DNA of 64,000 nt from Bacteroidia bacterium. Lineage in GTDB: Bacteria; Bacteroidota; Ignavibacteria; SZUA-365. Positions within the stretch are counted from its first letter, which is position 1; the number at the start of each line of letters is the position of its first letter. Shown here piece after piece: positions 9,108-18,736 of the stretch. The stretch covers positions 261,131 through 325,130 of the forward strand of contig JAOSJT010000001.1 in NCBI GenBank assembly GCA_027493955.1, read 5' to 3'. The notes below the pieces were generated by a model. It was not told the origin of the DNA, made no database searches, and saw only the letters and a list, made by a program, of their open reading frames with translations. Position numbers and translations under genes: made by a program.

Positions 9108-10862
9108 ATGCTGATGCGAAGTGCTGTTTTCGCGTTCGTGGCCGCTCTCGGCCTTCACCACGCCGTCGTTGCACGCCAGGTCCCCGTTTCCAGTTACACC
9201 ACCCTCCGCGATGCGTGTCAGAACGCGCTTCCGGGCGACACCATCGTCGTCGCGGCCGGAACCTACACGATCACCGGGGCGTCGCGCATCATGATCAGCG
9301 GCCGACCGGGTCCCGTCCTCCTTCGTGGCGCCACCGGCAATCCGCAAGATGTTGTCATTCGCGGACAGGGGCAGGACAACAACGCGGTGCAGATGGTGTT
9401 CAATCTGGACAACGCACCCGCCTGGACCTTCCGCGATATCACGGTCAAGGATTCGTATTATCACGGTTTCAAATTCGATCATGCCTCGACGGATTGCGCG
9501 TTGATCAGGGTCGTGATGCGGGATCATGGCGAATCCGGCGTTAAAGGCACGAGTGATCCCACCGCAGGCAGCTACCCGGACCGGTTGCTCATCGACAGCT
9601 GCGATATCGGCTTCACGCAACCGACCGGCGGCACACGCTCGGTCGTTGAAGGGGTGGACGGAGTAGGCGTCAACGATTGGGTGATCCGCAACAGCCGTTT
9701 CGTGAATGTGCAGAAAAATGGCGCGCCCGCGTATGCCATTTTCACTAAAGGAAATTCCTCGAATACCGTCATAGAAAACAATCGCTTCGAGAACTGTTTC
9801 ATCGGAGCGTCCTTCGGTGGCGGTGGTACCGGGGCGCAATTTTTTCGTGACAACGACCAGACCTATGAACATCGCAACGGCATCATTCGCAACAACCTCA
9901 TCATACGCTGCACCGATGCCGGCGTGTACATCAACAAGGGTGTGAACTGCCGGATTTACAACAACACATTGTTCGAATGTGTGCTGACGATACAGCTTCG
10001 CTTTTCGCAGAGCAGTGGTGACGTGCGGAACAATCTGGTTCTGCGCGCCCCGTCGAATCCCTCGGAACCCGTCGTTCGTCTGCGCGACGGCGCCGTGCTG
10101 CTCGGATCGGGCGCCAATCTCGCCGCTTCGACGGCGGATTTCGTGCAGTCCTCCGGTTCACCGGCGCAGCTCGACCTCCATCTGGCCGCATCGTCGCAGG
10201 CTATAGACGCGGGGAATCCGTTGCCTGTCGACGTTCCTTTCGATTTCGAAGGACAACGGCGCCCGGCGGGCAGCGGCTGGGATGTTGGCGCTGATGAACT
10301 GGGACTGATTCCTGTCGAATTGCGCACATTCTCCGCTGTCCTCCACGACAACGGGGTGCTGTTGCGCTGGCGTACGGAGACGGAAACCGAGAATTTCGGT
10401 TTCGAGGTCCAGCGAGCGGTGGGAAACGCCGAATTTGAAGTGTTGGGTTTCGAACCAGGCAACGGCACCGCTGCCGAAGCGCGAGAATACACGTTTCTGG
10501 ATACGGATGCTTTGGCTGTCGGCAGTTCGAGACGCCGCTATCGGCTTCGGCAAATTGATTTCAATGGTTCCTCCGTGCTCGGTCCCGTTATCGAGGTGCG
10601 ATCCGACGGGGTGGAACTCCCTCTATCCCTTGTATCCCTCGCAGTGTGGCCGAATCCCGCTTCCGGGCTTGTGCGTGCATCCATCGAGAGCACTGAGCAG
10701 GGGACACTGTGGCTCCACGACGTTTGTGGACGGGAGTTCCACGAGTGGGCTCTTGAACCGGGGACGCAGGTTATTTCCATCCCGCTTCCGAAAGAAGGAG
10801 TTTTTTATCTCGTAGCGCAATGCGGAGCCGCCCGTCGAGTATTGACAGTGATAGCACGCTGA
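9108..10862 (+). CDS. Secreted right-handed parallel beta-helix protein with T9SS C-terminal sorting domain
   Basis: Signal peptide. Repeated 'NN-x-I / G-x-x-I-x-N' beta-helix rungs ('IIRNNLIIRCTDAGVYINKGVNCRIYNNTLF'). The C-terminal roughly 80 aa 'WPNPASGLVRASIES...VFYLVAQCGAARRVLTV' fits the Por/T9SS type-A sorting domain. An extra conserved module 'LLRWRTETETENFGFEVQR...YRLRQIDFNGS' precedes the tail. Confidence 0.7.
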   Translation: MLMRSAVFAFVAALGLHHAVVARQVPVSSYTTLRDACQNALPGDTIVVAAGTYTITGASRIMISGRPGPVLLRGATGNPQDVVIRGQGQDNNAVQMVFNLDNAPAWTFRDITVKDSYYHGFKFDHASTDCALIRVVMRDHGESGVKGTSDPTAGSYPDRLLIDSCDIGFTQPTGGTRSVVEGVDGVGVNDWVIRNSRFVNVQKNGAPAYAIFTKGNSSNTVIENNRFENCFIGASFGGGGTGAQFFRDNDQTYEHRNGIIRNNLIIRCTDAGVYINKGVNCRIYNNTLFECVLTIQLRFSQSSGDVRNNLVLRAPSNPSEPVVRLRDGAVLLGSGANLAASTADFVQSSGSPAQLDLHLAASSQAIDAGNPLPVDVPFDFEGQRRPAGSGWDVGADELGLIPVELRTFSAVLHDNGVLLRWRTETETENFGFEVQRAVGNAEFEVLGFEPGNGTAAEAREYTFLDTDALAVGSSRRRYRLRQIDFNGSSVLGPVIEVRSDGVELPLSLVSLAVWPNPASGLVRASIESTEQGTLWLHDVCGREFHEWALEPGTQVISIPLPKEGVFYLVAQCGAARRVLTVIAR

Positions 10863-11202
10863 ATCCTGCGGCGTTGCCAGTCCAGGAGAGGTCGAATGCG
10901 TCCTGCGCTGTAATGCATCGCGGAATTTATGCATCCGCATTGTAACAAATCGCCCCTTCATGTGTTTCTCATTGGGGCAGCGGGATGCCGCGCTTTTTCC
11001 TTGTGGAAATTCCGATTGTGCTTTCCCGTGTTCCCGAGACAGAACGATGATGATTGTTTCTGAAAATTACAAAATCATCGTATATTCGATACGGATCACA
11101 CAGAGACACAATCGGCTGCTTGCCGTGCCAACGTGCTGATATTTCGTACAGGCCACGATAGAGTGAAGGACCTTTTTTCATACACATGCCGGGAGGGCTG
11201 TC

Positions 11203-14202
11203 ATGAATGTGCGCGTCGTTTCCATGCCTTGTCGTCTTCTGTTCATTGCTCTTTTCAGTATCTGCAGCGCCACCGGGGTGCTTCAGGCGCAGCCGAATCT
11301 CACCTTTAAGCGTGCGACGGTAAACTGGCCGACGATCGAACTCTATTTCTCGGTCGGCTGCAACGGGAGTCCCGCGTACAACATGGCGAAGCAGGATTTT
11401 CGCATCTATGAGAACGGTATTGAGGTGAAAGACTTCATCCTCGATTGTCCGGACCCGACACAACGGTGCGCAATATCAGCCGCCATTGCGGTAGACGTCT
11501 CGGGCTCCATGGCGGGACCCGGCCAAGCCGGAGCCAAGCAAGCCATGTACGCGTTCGTGAATCTGATGGATGGCGTCTTTGACGAAGCGGCGATACTCTG
11601 GTTTTCGGATCAGGTTACGCTGGCTCAGACGATGACGACGAATAAAAATGCCCTTCGCGACACCATTACCGCCATGCCTTCCGGGGGGCCATCGGCGGTC
11701 TGGGATGGTGCCTACCGTGGCGTGCAGGAAGCCATCAACCAGGGGACAAACTCCTGTCGCGGTGTTATTGTCCTGACGGACGGAGGGGACAACGCCTCCA
11801 CACGAACTCCCGCCGAAATCATTACTCTGGCCAACTCGAAGGGCATCAAAGTGTACAGCGTGGGGCTTGGAAGTTCGATAAATTCCGTGGAGCTGGAACT
11901 CGTTGCGTTGCTGACAGGAGGGAAATACTATCAGACGCCGAACGCGGGTGAGCTTGTTGCGATTTTCCAGGAAATCGCGACTCTCATGTTTCAGCGGAAT
12001 CAGGAGTGCATGATTACCTACACCCGCAGCTGCGCGGATAATACCATGAGGAATGTGGAATTGCAACTCCGCGACTTCTGCGGTGGGAGCGACTCCAAGA
12101 TCAAATCCTACCGTGCGCCTCTGGACACGGCGACGTTCACGGAGTTTCGGCTTCAGGCCGGCGATGTAAGTGGTCTGAGTGCAACGGAAGTGACCATGCC
12201 GATTCAACTCCTGACTCCGCTAACGCATGACGTACTGAATCCTTTCTCGTTTGTGCTCAAATTCGATCCCGCTTGCGTCGCGTTCAAGAGTCTCTCCACG
12301 CCACCGGGATCGGCGCTTGACGGTCAACCAATAACGGTCAGCCCGGTCTCAGAGGGCATTCGTGTCGAGGTTCCGTCGCGCAGCACCTCGAAAGCGGGTG
12401 GAAGGTTGATGGAGGTCACGTTGTTGTTGAGCACGGTGACGGACACCACCTGCTGTCCTGTGGAGATCAACAACCTCGTTTTCGCGGACGGTTGCTACAC
12501 ACCTGTCGCCGAGCACGGCGAGGTGTGCGTTTTCCCGACTCCGGAAGAACCGATGGTTCTCTGCACTATCGACGTTCCCCGCACACTCACCTGGGATCGG
12601 GCCACCGGAGACTACCTCCCGCGACCGATAGAGCTCAAGGCACGAGCGGTGAACATGGGGAATTCCGCCGCTTTGAACTCGATTTTTACACTGACCTACG
12701 ATAGCACTGCCTTGGAACTGCTCTCTCCGGGAAGCATACAGCCCGGCACTCCGGCAGACGTGGCACCCGGAAACTGGAGCGATGCGACATGGTTCCTGAA
12801 GGCGAAGCCGCGCGCGACACTGGACTCGACGGTCGTGAGTTACACCATCAGTTTCGATAATCACAAAACGATAGACTGCAGCGCGCGTATTACCATACCG
12901 CCGACCGATACCGACATCAGTTGCGTCCTGGATGTTCCGACCATCGTCGCCGATACGGTGAGCGGAAGCTACGATCCAATGCCTTTCACCGTTACTGTAA
13001 CGGCGGTGAACAACGGTCCACTCCCCACTGACACCGTTTGGGCGACGATCACCCTGCCACCCGGTGTGTCCTTCGCTTCTCCGGACGGCCCGACGACGGC
13101 GACGAAGATGCTGAGTACTCCGATTCTGGCTCCGAATCAGAGTTCAACGGCAAGTTGGGTGCTCGAGCATCCGCTTTCGACATCGGACAGGGACCTGACC
13201 ATCACCACCATGCTCACCTCGGGCAATGAAGTCGCCCTCTGTCAGGGAATGCTGCGCATTCCGAGGTTCCCCGGAGCCACGTTCAGTTTTACACTGAACG
13301 CCGGAGGACCGTTGAGTTTCTGCGAAGGAGGATCGGTGAGTCTGGACGCGGGAACAGGGTACGCGTCCTATCGCTGGAACACGGGCAGTGTGAGTCGAAG
13401 ACTGACCGTGACAAGCAGTGGCGAATACTTCTGCACCGTACGGACGTCCGGCGGTGATACCGGTGTTTCCGACACCGTGCGGGTTGTCGTGCACGCCAAT
13501 CCCTCGCCCGTGATCGCGGTGTCGGGGCCCTTGCCATTCTGTGCCGGCGATTCGGTGTTGCTGGATGCCGGTGCGGGATATCAGCGGTATCTATGGAGCA
13601 CGGGCTCCACCGACCGTATGATTTACGCAAAAACGGCGGGTGCGTTCGTTGCCACCGTGTGGAACGCCGAGAATTGCGAAGGAAGAGACACCATAGAAGT
13701 CGTTGTGTATCCCGCAGTACAGAAACCGACGGTACAGCGCAGCGGTGATTCTCTGCTGGCCTCTGCGGCCGGGATGGTGTATGCGTGGTACCGCGACGGT
13801 ATGCTCATTCCGGGAGCAGGCACACAGGGTCTGTACGTCACACAGACGGGCTCCTTCGTCGTGCGCGTGACGGACACCAACGGCTGTTGGGCGGAGTCGG
13901 ATCCATTTCCTGTGACAGTGCTCGACGCCGCGCCCGTGGGCTTGCCACCGGCGTTTACGCTGCACGCATGGCCCGATCCTGCTGAAGACGTCATCAATCT
14001 TCGAGTGGACGACGCGGGTGGACAAAGTGTACGCGTTGTTCTGACTGACGCCCTTGGACGTGCGGAGACGGTGTACGAGGGACGAGCAGCGCAGGGGGCA
14101 TTTTCGCTGAGTGTGCCCCTGGCCAATATCGCGCGGGGCCCCGTTTTCATCCAGGTTTGGATAGGAGGGCAGGTGCAGACGAGGAAGGTGCTCCGACTGT
14201 AG
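11203..14202 (+). CDS. Large secreted vWA-domain protein with Cys-containing Ig-like repeats and T9SS C-terminal sorting domain (paralog A)
   Basis: Signal peptide. Canonical MIDAS 'AVDVSGSMAG ... VIVLTDGGDN' of a von Willebrand A domain. About four roughly 80-aa repeats of the 'F/LCxGDSVxLDAG...YxW(N/S)TGS...' type. The C-terminal 'VVLTDALGRAETVYEG...VFIQVWIGGQVQTRKVL' fits a T9SS sorting domain. Confidence 0.75.
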   Translation: MNVRVVSMPCRLLFIALFSICSATGVLQAQPNLTFKRATVNWPTIELYFSVGCNGSPAYNMAKQDFRIYENGIEVKDFILDCPDPTQRCAISAAIAVDVSGSMAGPGQAGAKQAMYAFVNLMDGVFDEAAILWFSDQVTLAQTMTTNKNALRDTITAMPSGGPSAVWDGAYRGVQEAINQGTNSCRGVIVLTDGGDNASTRTPAEIITLANSKGIKVYSVGLGSSINSVELELVALLTGGKYYQTPNAGELVAIFQEIATLMFQRNQECMITYTRSCADNTMRNVELQLRDFCGGSDSKIKSYRAPLDTATFTEFRLQAGDVSGLSATEVTMPIQLLTPLTHDVLNPFSFVLKFDPACVAFKSLSTPPGSALDGQPITVSPVSEGIRVEVPSRSTSKAGGRLMEVTLLLSTVTDTTCCPVEINNLVFADGCYTPVAEHGEVCVFPTPEEPMVLCTIDVPRTLTWDRATGDYLPRPIELKARAVNMGNSAALNSIFTLTYDSTALELLSPGSIQPGTPADVAPGNWSDATWFLKAKPRATLDSTVVSYTISFDNHKTIDCSARITIPPTDTDISCVLDVPTIVADTVSGSYDPMPFTVTVTAVNNGPLPTDTVWATITLPPGVSFASPDGPTTATKMLSTPILAPNQSSTASWVLEHPLSTSDRDLTITTMLTSGNEVALCQGMLRIPRFPGATFSFTLNAGGPLSFCEGGSVSLDAGTGYASYRWNTGSVSRRLTVTSSGEYFCTVRTSGGDTGVSDTVRVVVHANPSPVIAVSGPLPFCAGDSVLLDAGAGYQRYLWSTGSTDRMIYAKTAGAFVATVWNAENCEGRDTIEVVVYPAVQKPTVQRSGDSLLASAAGMVYAWYRDGMLIPGAGTQGLYVTQTGSFVVRVTDTNGCWAESDPFPVTVLDAAPVGLPPAFTLHAWPDPAEDVINLRVDDAGGQSVRVVLTDALGRAETVYEGRAAQGAFSLSVPLANIARGPVFIQVWIGGQVQTRKVLRL

Positions 14203-14250
14203 GTCCGTCAACACACACAGACTCTCCTTTTTCCGGAGATTTATCCGAGA

Positions 14251-14279
14251 GGCGGGCTGTCCACAAGACAGCCCGCGCC
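14251..14279 (+). terminator. Strong GC hairpin downstream of vWA paralog A
   Basis: GGCGGGCTGTC-CACAA-GACAGCCCGCGCC gives an 11-bp stem with one bulge, 49 nt after the stop. Confidence 0.45.
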
Positions 14280-14539
14280 TTATACCGGATTCAGGAGCAA
14301 AAAATCATGTGGATCTGTAACTTTCAGCGCTCTCATGTGTTTTTCGAAATAGTGGCGCGTTTGTTATGCATACCGTCGTCACGACGCGGTCGGCAATTCC
14401 CGCTATTTTTTTCCAGGACCGGATGTCAGGGCGCACGATACACCTGAACGGAACATTCCGAACCGGGAATCAACCGCACTCCAGAGAAGCACATTTCCTT
14501 CAATAGTGATCGCCTACGTGGCGTGGAGGTCCGAGAGAT

Positions 14540-17500
14540 ATGCACAGCGCACCGTTCACTCCCATCCCCCGGGGCGTTGCAGCTTCGTTGCTGCTCCTTC
14601 CATTTCTATTTCTGTCCGCGTACGGTCAGCCCCAACTCGATCTCAAGCGTATCGCAAACCGGCATGGAAGTGTCGAACTGTACTTTCAGGTTGAATGCGT
14701 CGGGCAACCCCAGCATGTGCTCACAGAACAGAATATCGTAATCACGGATAACGGTAACACCGTCGATGCCTTTTCCCTTTGGTGTCCCGATCCGCGAATG
14801 GAGCCGACGATTTCCGCGTCACTGGTGCTCTGCGCATCCGGCTCCATGAACGGAGAGAAGCTTCAGATGGCCAAGGATGGCGCATCGGCGTTTGTCGACA
14901 TGATGGACGGTGTCCTCGATGAAGCGATGGTGGTGTTTTTCGGGAGCAACGTCACCGTGTATCAGCAGATGACCACCATCAAACCCCTGCTGCACAGTGC
15001 AGTGCAGGCCTTGCCGTCCACGGGATACCGGGCTCTCTACGATGGTATGTACGCGGGCATCGTTGAGCTGATAAACAACGGGATCAATCCGTTTCGTGGG
15101 ATTGTGGTGCTCACCGATGGTATTGAAAGCGCATCATCCACCCACGACGCTCAGGATATCATTGGGCTTGCTCAGCGTCACCGGCTCAAGGTGTTTCCTA
15201 TTGAGCTGCGGTCGACCTCGATGAAGGATGTGCTTGAAGACATCGCAACTGAAACAGGAGGCCGGTACTACAACGCGGACTCAGGGGACTCCCTTATCGC
15301 GGCGTTCCGTGACGCATACCGGTTGCTTGCCCAGCCGCCGGAGGATTGCATCATAACCTATAACGCACCTTGTGCGGATGGTGCGCTGCACATGGTGGAT
15401 CTGACCGTCAGGGATATCTGTGATGGTACCGACACTGGGACGCTCTCCTATCGTGCGCCGCTCGACAGCAGCAGCTTTTTGCCCATAGTGATGGAATTTG
15501 GCGATGCGACCGTCCAGGGCGGGAAGCAATGTGTCCTCCCACTACAGCTCTTGACCCCGCTCGGGAATACGATGTTCGAGCCCTTGCAGTTCGACGTAGC
15601 ATTCGACACCTCCTGTCTGCGACTGGATTCTGTAACCGCCCCTGATCACTCGCTTCTGAACGGCATGCCTCTCATCTTACAACCGAAACCGGAGGGCGTA
15701 CGCGTGCTTATTGCGGATCGCCGCTTCCTGAATGCTCCCGGTCTCCTCCTCGAATTCGCCTTCACCACGGTCGCGACCACGACGGATCGCAGCTGCACTG
15801 TGTCGGCCAGCGGAGCAGGCTTCGAACAAGGATGTCACCTCCCGGTCATCCGGAGCGGAATGATCGAGATAGTGCCTCACACTCCCAAGCCGGAGATTGC
15901 CTGCGTTATAGACGGTCCGAGGACCCTCCGGTGGGACAGGGCCACCGCCGAATACATTCCGAACCCGATACTAGTGTCGCTTCGCGCCTACAACACCGGC
16001 GACGCTACGGGGCTGAACGCCCGGGCGCGGATTTCCTTTGACAGTACGGTATTTTTGCTTTCCTCGCCGAAGAGCACGGAGCAGCAGGGAAGTCCGCCGG
16101 ATCTGGCACCCAATTCCTTCACCGAATTTACCTGGCAACTCTCCGCGAAACACAGGGCTGTCCCTGATTCCAGCGTAGTATGCATTGTGAGCAGCTACGA
16201 CAATCATGCCGAGCAGTCCTGTTGCATTCGGGTGTACGTACCAGCAATGGGCGCCGCATTGAACTGCGCGGTGAGCGTCCCGCCGGTTACGCTCGACACA
16301 CTCACTGGTAGCGTCGGCCCCATGCCGTTTGAAGTGATCGTCACCGGGTGGAACGACACGACCAGTCCCACGGATACGGTATACGCCATCATCGACGTGC
16401 CGCCGGATCTTCTCTTTGCGTCTCCCGATTCCCCGGCCAGTTCCAGAAAACGTCTGTCGAAACCCATACTTCAGTCCGGAGAGCAGGGAAGCGCCAGTTG
16501 GTTCCTGAGGCACGAGCCGACCGTGACGGACAGAAGCTATCTCATAACTGTGCAGCTGTCCACCAGCTCAGATACCACCTCATGTACGGCGCAGGTTCGT
16601 ATACCGCGGCAACCGACGGCGTTTTTCACATTTCAGCTTACCACAGATGGACCGCCGGAATTCTGCATGGGCGATTCGGTGATACTGGACGCAGGTGAGT
16701 ACAGCAGTTACTTGTGGAACAATGGGAGTGTCAGCCGCCGCATCACAGTGAAGAGCAGCGGTGACTATTACTGCACGGTAAAGGATTTCTCAGGGTACAC
16801 CGGAATTTCCAGCGCCATGCGCGTCGTCGTTCACCCCATTCCGTCCGTCACGGTTACCAAGGCCGCCCCTTCACCTCTGTGCCAGGGAGATTCCGTGTGG
16901 TTGCAGCCGCAGGCGGAGTTCTCGCGCTATCACTGGAGCGACGGTTCGACAGCGCGGCAATTGCTGGTCTCGGAAAGCGGGCGCTACATCCTCACCGTCT
17001 GGAATGAAGGAGATTGTTCTGGCAGCGACACGATTGAAGTGACATTCATTCCATTGCCTGTGAAACCTGTCATTTCGCGCAGCGGAGACACACTCAGTGT
17101 TCCCGATGCAGGAGGTTCGATACGCTGGTATCGCGATGGGCGGCTACTGGTGACAAGCTTTACACGCCATCTGCCTCTGACTCACACCGGTAGTTATATC
17201 GCGCGGCGTACCTCACCCGCCGGCTGCGTGAGCGACTCGGAGCCGTTCATTGTCGCAGTGCTCGGAGGAGTGCAGCGCGTCCCGGAGAGGGAGTTCGCGC
17301 TGCACGTGTGGCCCTATCCATCTTCCGACGAACTCCACATCGTGCTGCGCAGCAAGGTCGGCGAACAAGTACGCATCGTGCTCACCGATGTGTTGGGAAA
17401 AAGCGACATCGTGTACAGCGGCCGCGCGGGCGAAGCAGGTGTGACACTGCGTATTTCCCTGCAGGGCAGGGCACGCGGTCCGCTGTTTATTCATGCGCAG

Positions 17501-17542
17501 GCGGGCGAACAACGGACTATCAAGAAAGTGATGCGCAATTGA
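14540..17542 (+). CDS. Large secreted vWA-like protein, tandem paralog B, with Ig-like repeats and T9SS C-terminal domain
   Basis: Same architecture and length (1000 aa) as 11203-14202. The two align along their whole length by eye at about 35-40% identity. In the MIDAS position the sequence reads 'LVLCASGSMNG', so the Asp of DxSxS is a Cys. The C-terminal 'IVLTDVLGKSDIVYSG...LFIHAQAGEQRTIKKV' fits a T9SS tail. Confidence 0.75.
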   Translation: MHSAPFTPIPRGVAASLLLLPFLFLSAYGQPQLDLKRIANRHGSVELYFQVECVGQPQHVLTEQNIVITDNGNTVDAFSLWCPDPRMEPTISASLVLCASGSMNGEKLQMAKDGASAFVDMMDGVLDEAMVVFFGSNVTVYQQMTTIKPLLHSAVQALPSTGYRALYDGMYAGIVELINNGINPFRGIVVLTDGIESASSTHDAQDIIGLAQRHRLKVFPIELRSTSMKDVLEDIATETGGRYYNADSGDSLIAAFRDAYRLLAQPPEDCIITYNAPCADGALHMVDLTVRDICDGTDTGTLSYRAPLDSSSFLPIVMEFGDATVQGGKQCVLPLQLLTPLGNTMFEPLQFDVAFDTSCLRLDSVTAPDHSLLNGMPLILQPKPEGVRVLIADRRFLNAPGLLLEFAFTTVATTTDRSCTVSASGAGFEQGCHLPVIRSGMIEIVPHTPKPEIACVIDGPRTLRWDRATAEYIPNPILVSLRAYNTGDATGLNARARISFDSTVFLLSSPKSTEQQGSPPDLAPNSFTEFTWQLSAKHRAVPDSSVVCIVSSYDNHAEQSCCIRVYVPAMGAALNCAVSVPPVTLDTLTGSVGPMPFEVIVTGWNDTTSPTDTVYAIIDVPPDLLFASPDSPASSRKRLSKPILQSGEQGSASWFLRHEPTVTDRSYLITVQLSTSSDTTSCTAQVRIPRQPTAFFTFQLTTDGPPEFCMGDSVILDAGEYSSYLWNNGSVSRRITVKSSGDYYCTVKDFSGYTGISSAMRVVVHPIPSVTVTKAAPSPLCQGDSVWLQPQAEFSRYHWSDGSTARQLLVSESGRYILTVWNEGDCSGSDTIEVTFIPLPVKPVISRSGDTLSVPDAGGSIRWYRDGRLLVTSFTRHLPLTHTGSYIARRTSPAGCVSDSEPFIVAVLGGVQRVPEREFALHVWPYPSSDELHIVLRSKVGEQVRIVLTDVLGKSDIVYSGRAGEAGVTLRISLQGRARGPLFIHAQAGEQRTIKKVMRN

Positions 17543-17629
17543 TTGCGGGGAGAGGCGTGACAGCGGATGTACCTGCGCTGTGTTGCCTGCTGGCGATTTC
17601 AGGGTAACCAAGTTCGTGTACAAAAGAAG

Positions 17630-17667
17630 AGACGCGCGGGCCGTGATGAGGTCCGCGCGTCTGTTTT
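17630..17667. terminator. Bidirectional rho-independent terminator between convergent genes
   Basis: AGACGCGCGG-(13-nt loop)-CCGCGCGTCT is followed by GTTTT on the plus strand. On the minus strand it is preceded by CTTCTTTTG, which gives a U-tract in the opposite direction too. Confidence 0.6.
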
Positions 17668-17704
17668 CCGGGAGTCGCTCGATTTCCGGAATCACCCGGG
17701 ATAG

Positions 17705-18166
17705 TCAGAAGGGGTATCTGACCTCGGCCACGTACTGCTGCTGTTCGGAACGGTTATCCCATCTCCGGACAAGCGTCTGGCAATGCCGCACCAATCGGGA
17801 CGAAGAATCATGGCGGGCTGTTTGTACGACCGCGAATTTGCCCATGCGCGAATCCTGGAACTCGTACAACGCCAGGGCAGCGATGATGCGGATACATTCC
17901 TGGTCCTCGTTTTTCAGCTTGTCCATGAGAGGGATGATCGCATAGTCGAAGTCGTATTTCGGATAGGCCCGTTTAAGGTCGATGATGAGCTGTATATAAT
18001 CGCAGCGCACCTCGAGTGATTTGTGGTTGAGGCCGGCCAGAATGTTTTTCTCGATATATTCCTGGCGTTCGGTGGACAGCGGCGGATTGATTTCGCGGGC
18101 CAGAAGGGTATTCTGTACGGCCGCGATGGCGAATACCGCAACGATGGCGATCATAAAGCGTTTCAT
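17705..18166 (-). CDS. Small secreted alpha-helical protein of unknown function
   Basis: Signal peptide 'MKRFMIAIVAVFAIAAVQNTLLA'. The 153-aa body is helical with repeat-like ARM/HEAT character. No motif recognised. Confidence 0.45.
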   Translation of the reverse strand: MKRFMIAIVAVFAIAAVQNTLLAREINPPLSTERQEYIEKNILAGLNHKSLEVRCDYIQLIIDLKRAYPKYDFDYAIIPLMDKLKNEDQECIRIIAALALYEFQDSRMGKFAVVQTARHDSSSRLVRHCQTLVRRWDNRSEQQQYVAEVRYPF

Positions 18167-18360
18167 GATGCACTCCTGAAATCTTCTGTGGGTAGCGAGT
18201 AATTTTTACAACGATTCGGTGTACGGAAAGGGTGTGCACGAGTTTCACGCTCCGCGAAAAAAATCGACCATGCTGAAGGAAGGGAAGCTCTTGTGATCTG
18301 GAAACGGTGGAAATCGGATCAGAGGAAAGTTCACATGAGTGGGGCGCTTGTCCATGAGCC

Positions 18361-18404
18361 AAAAATGGGCGATACATGAGTCGCCCATTTCCCGCATCCG
18401 GCGG
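18361..18404. repeat. About 40-bp repeat, copy 1, containing a perfect 10-bp inverted repeat AAATGGGCGA-N8-TCGCCCATTT
   Basis: Read directly. Copy 2 lies 123 bp downstream and differs at 2-3 positions. Confidence 0.85.
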
Positions 18405-18483
18405 GGGCGAGCTTGAACCGCTTCCATGTAGAAGCAGAGCGAAGCCCCGTGTCAATCTCTGCGATCGCTGTACAATTTTCGGA

Positions 18484-18524
18484 AAAATGGGCGATACATG
18501 AATCGCCCATTTTCGGTGTCCGGT
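18484..18524. repeat. About 40-bp palindrome-containing repeat, copy 2
   Basis: aaaaatgggcgatacatgaatcgcccattttcggtgtccgg. It sits about 215 bp upstream of the giant adhesin start. Confidence 0.85.
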
Positions 18525-18736
18525 AAAAGCACCTACCATCCGATTCCACTAAAAGAAAACTGCCATCATCCATCTCAGATCGTGCATATCCGTGTACAAA
18601 TTCAGGCCCCGATCCGACCGAGATTGTGCAGGGATGGAACACGCATTGCAGCGAGGAAAATATTCTGTGGAGAGGGTACGATTTTCTCCTTGGCATGGCA
18701 TCGCGGGAAACCCTATTTTCCGTATTGAGGTACCTG

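Noticed and set aside
10900-10950. A quasi-palindrome TGTAATGCATCGCGGAATTTATGCATCCGCATTGTAACA after the beta-helix gene, considered as a terminator.
   Set aside because: The arms do not pair cleanly. It is more a direct repeat of ATGCATC than a stem-loop. That is too irregular to call.
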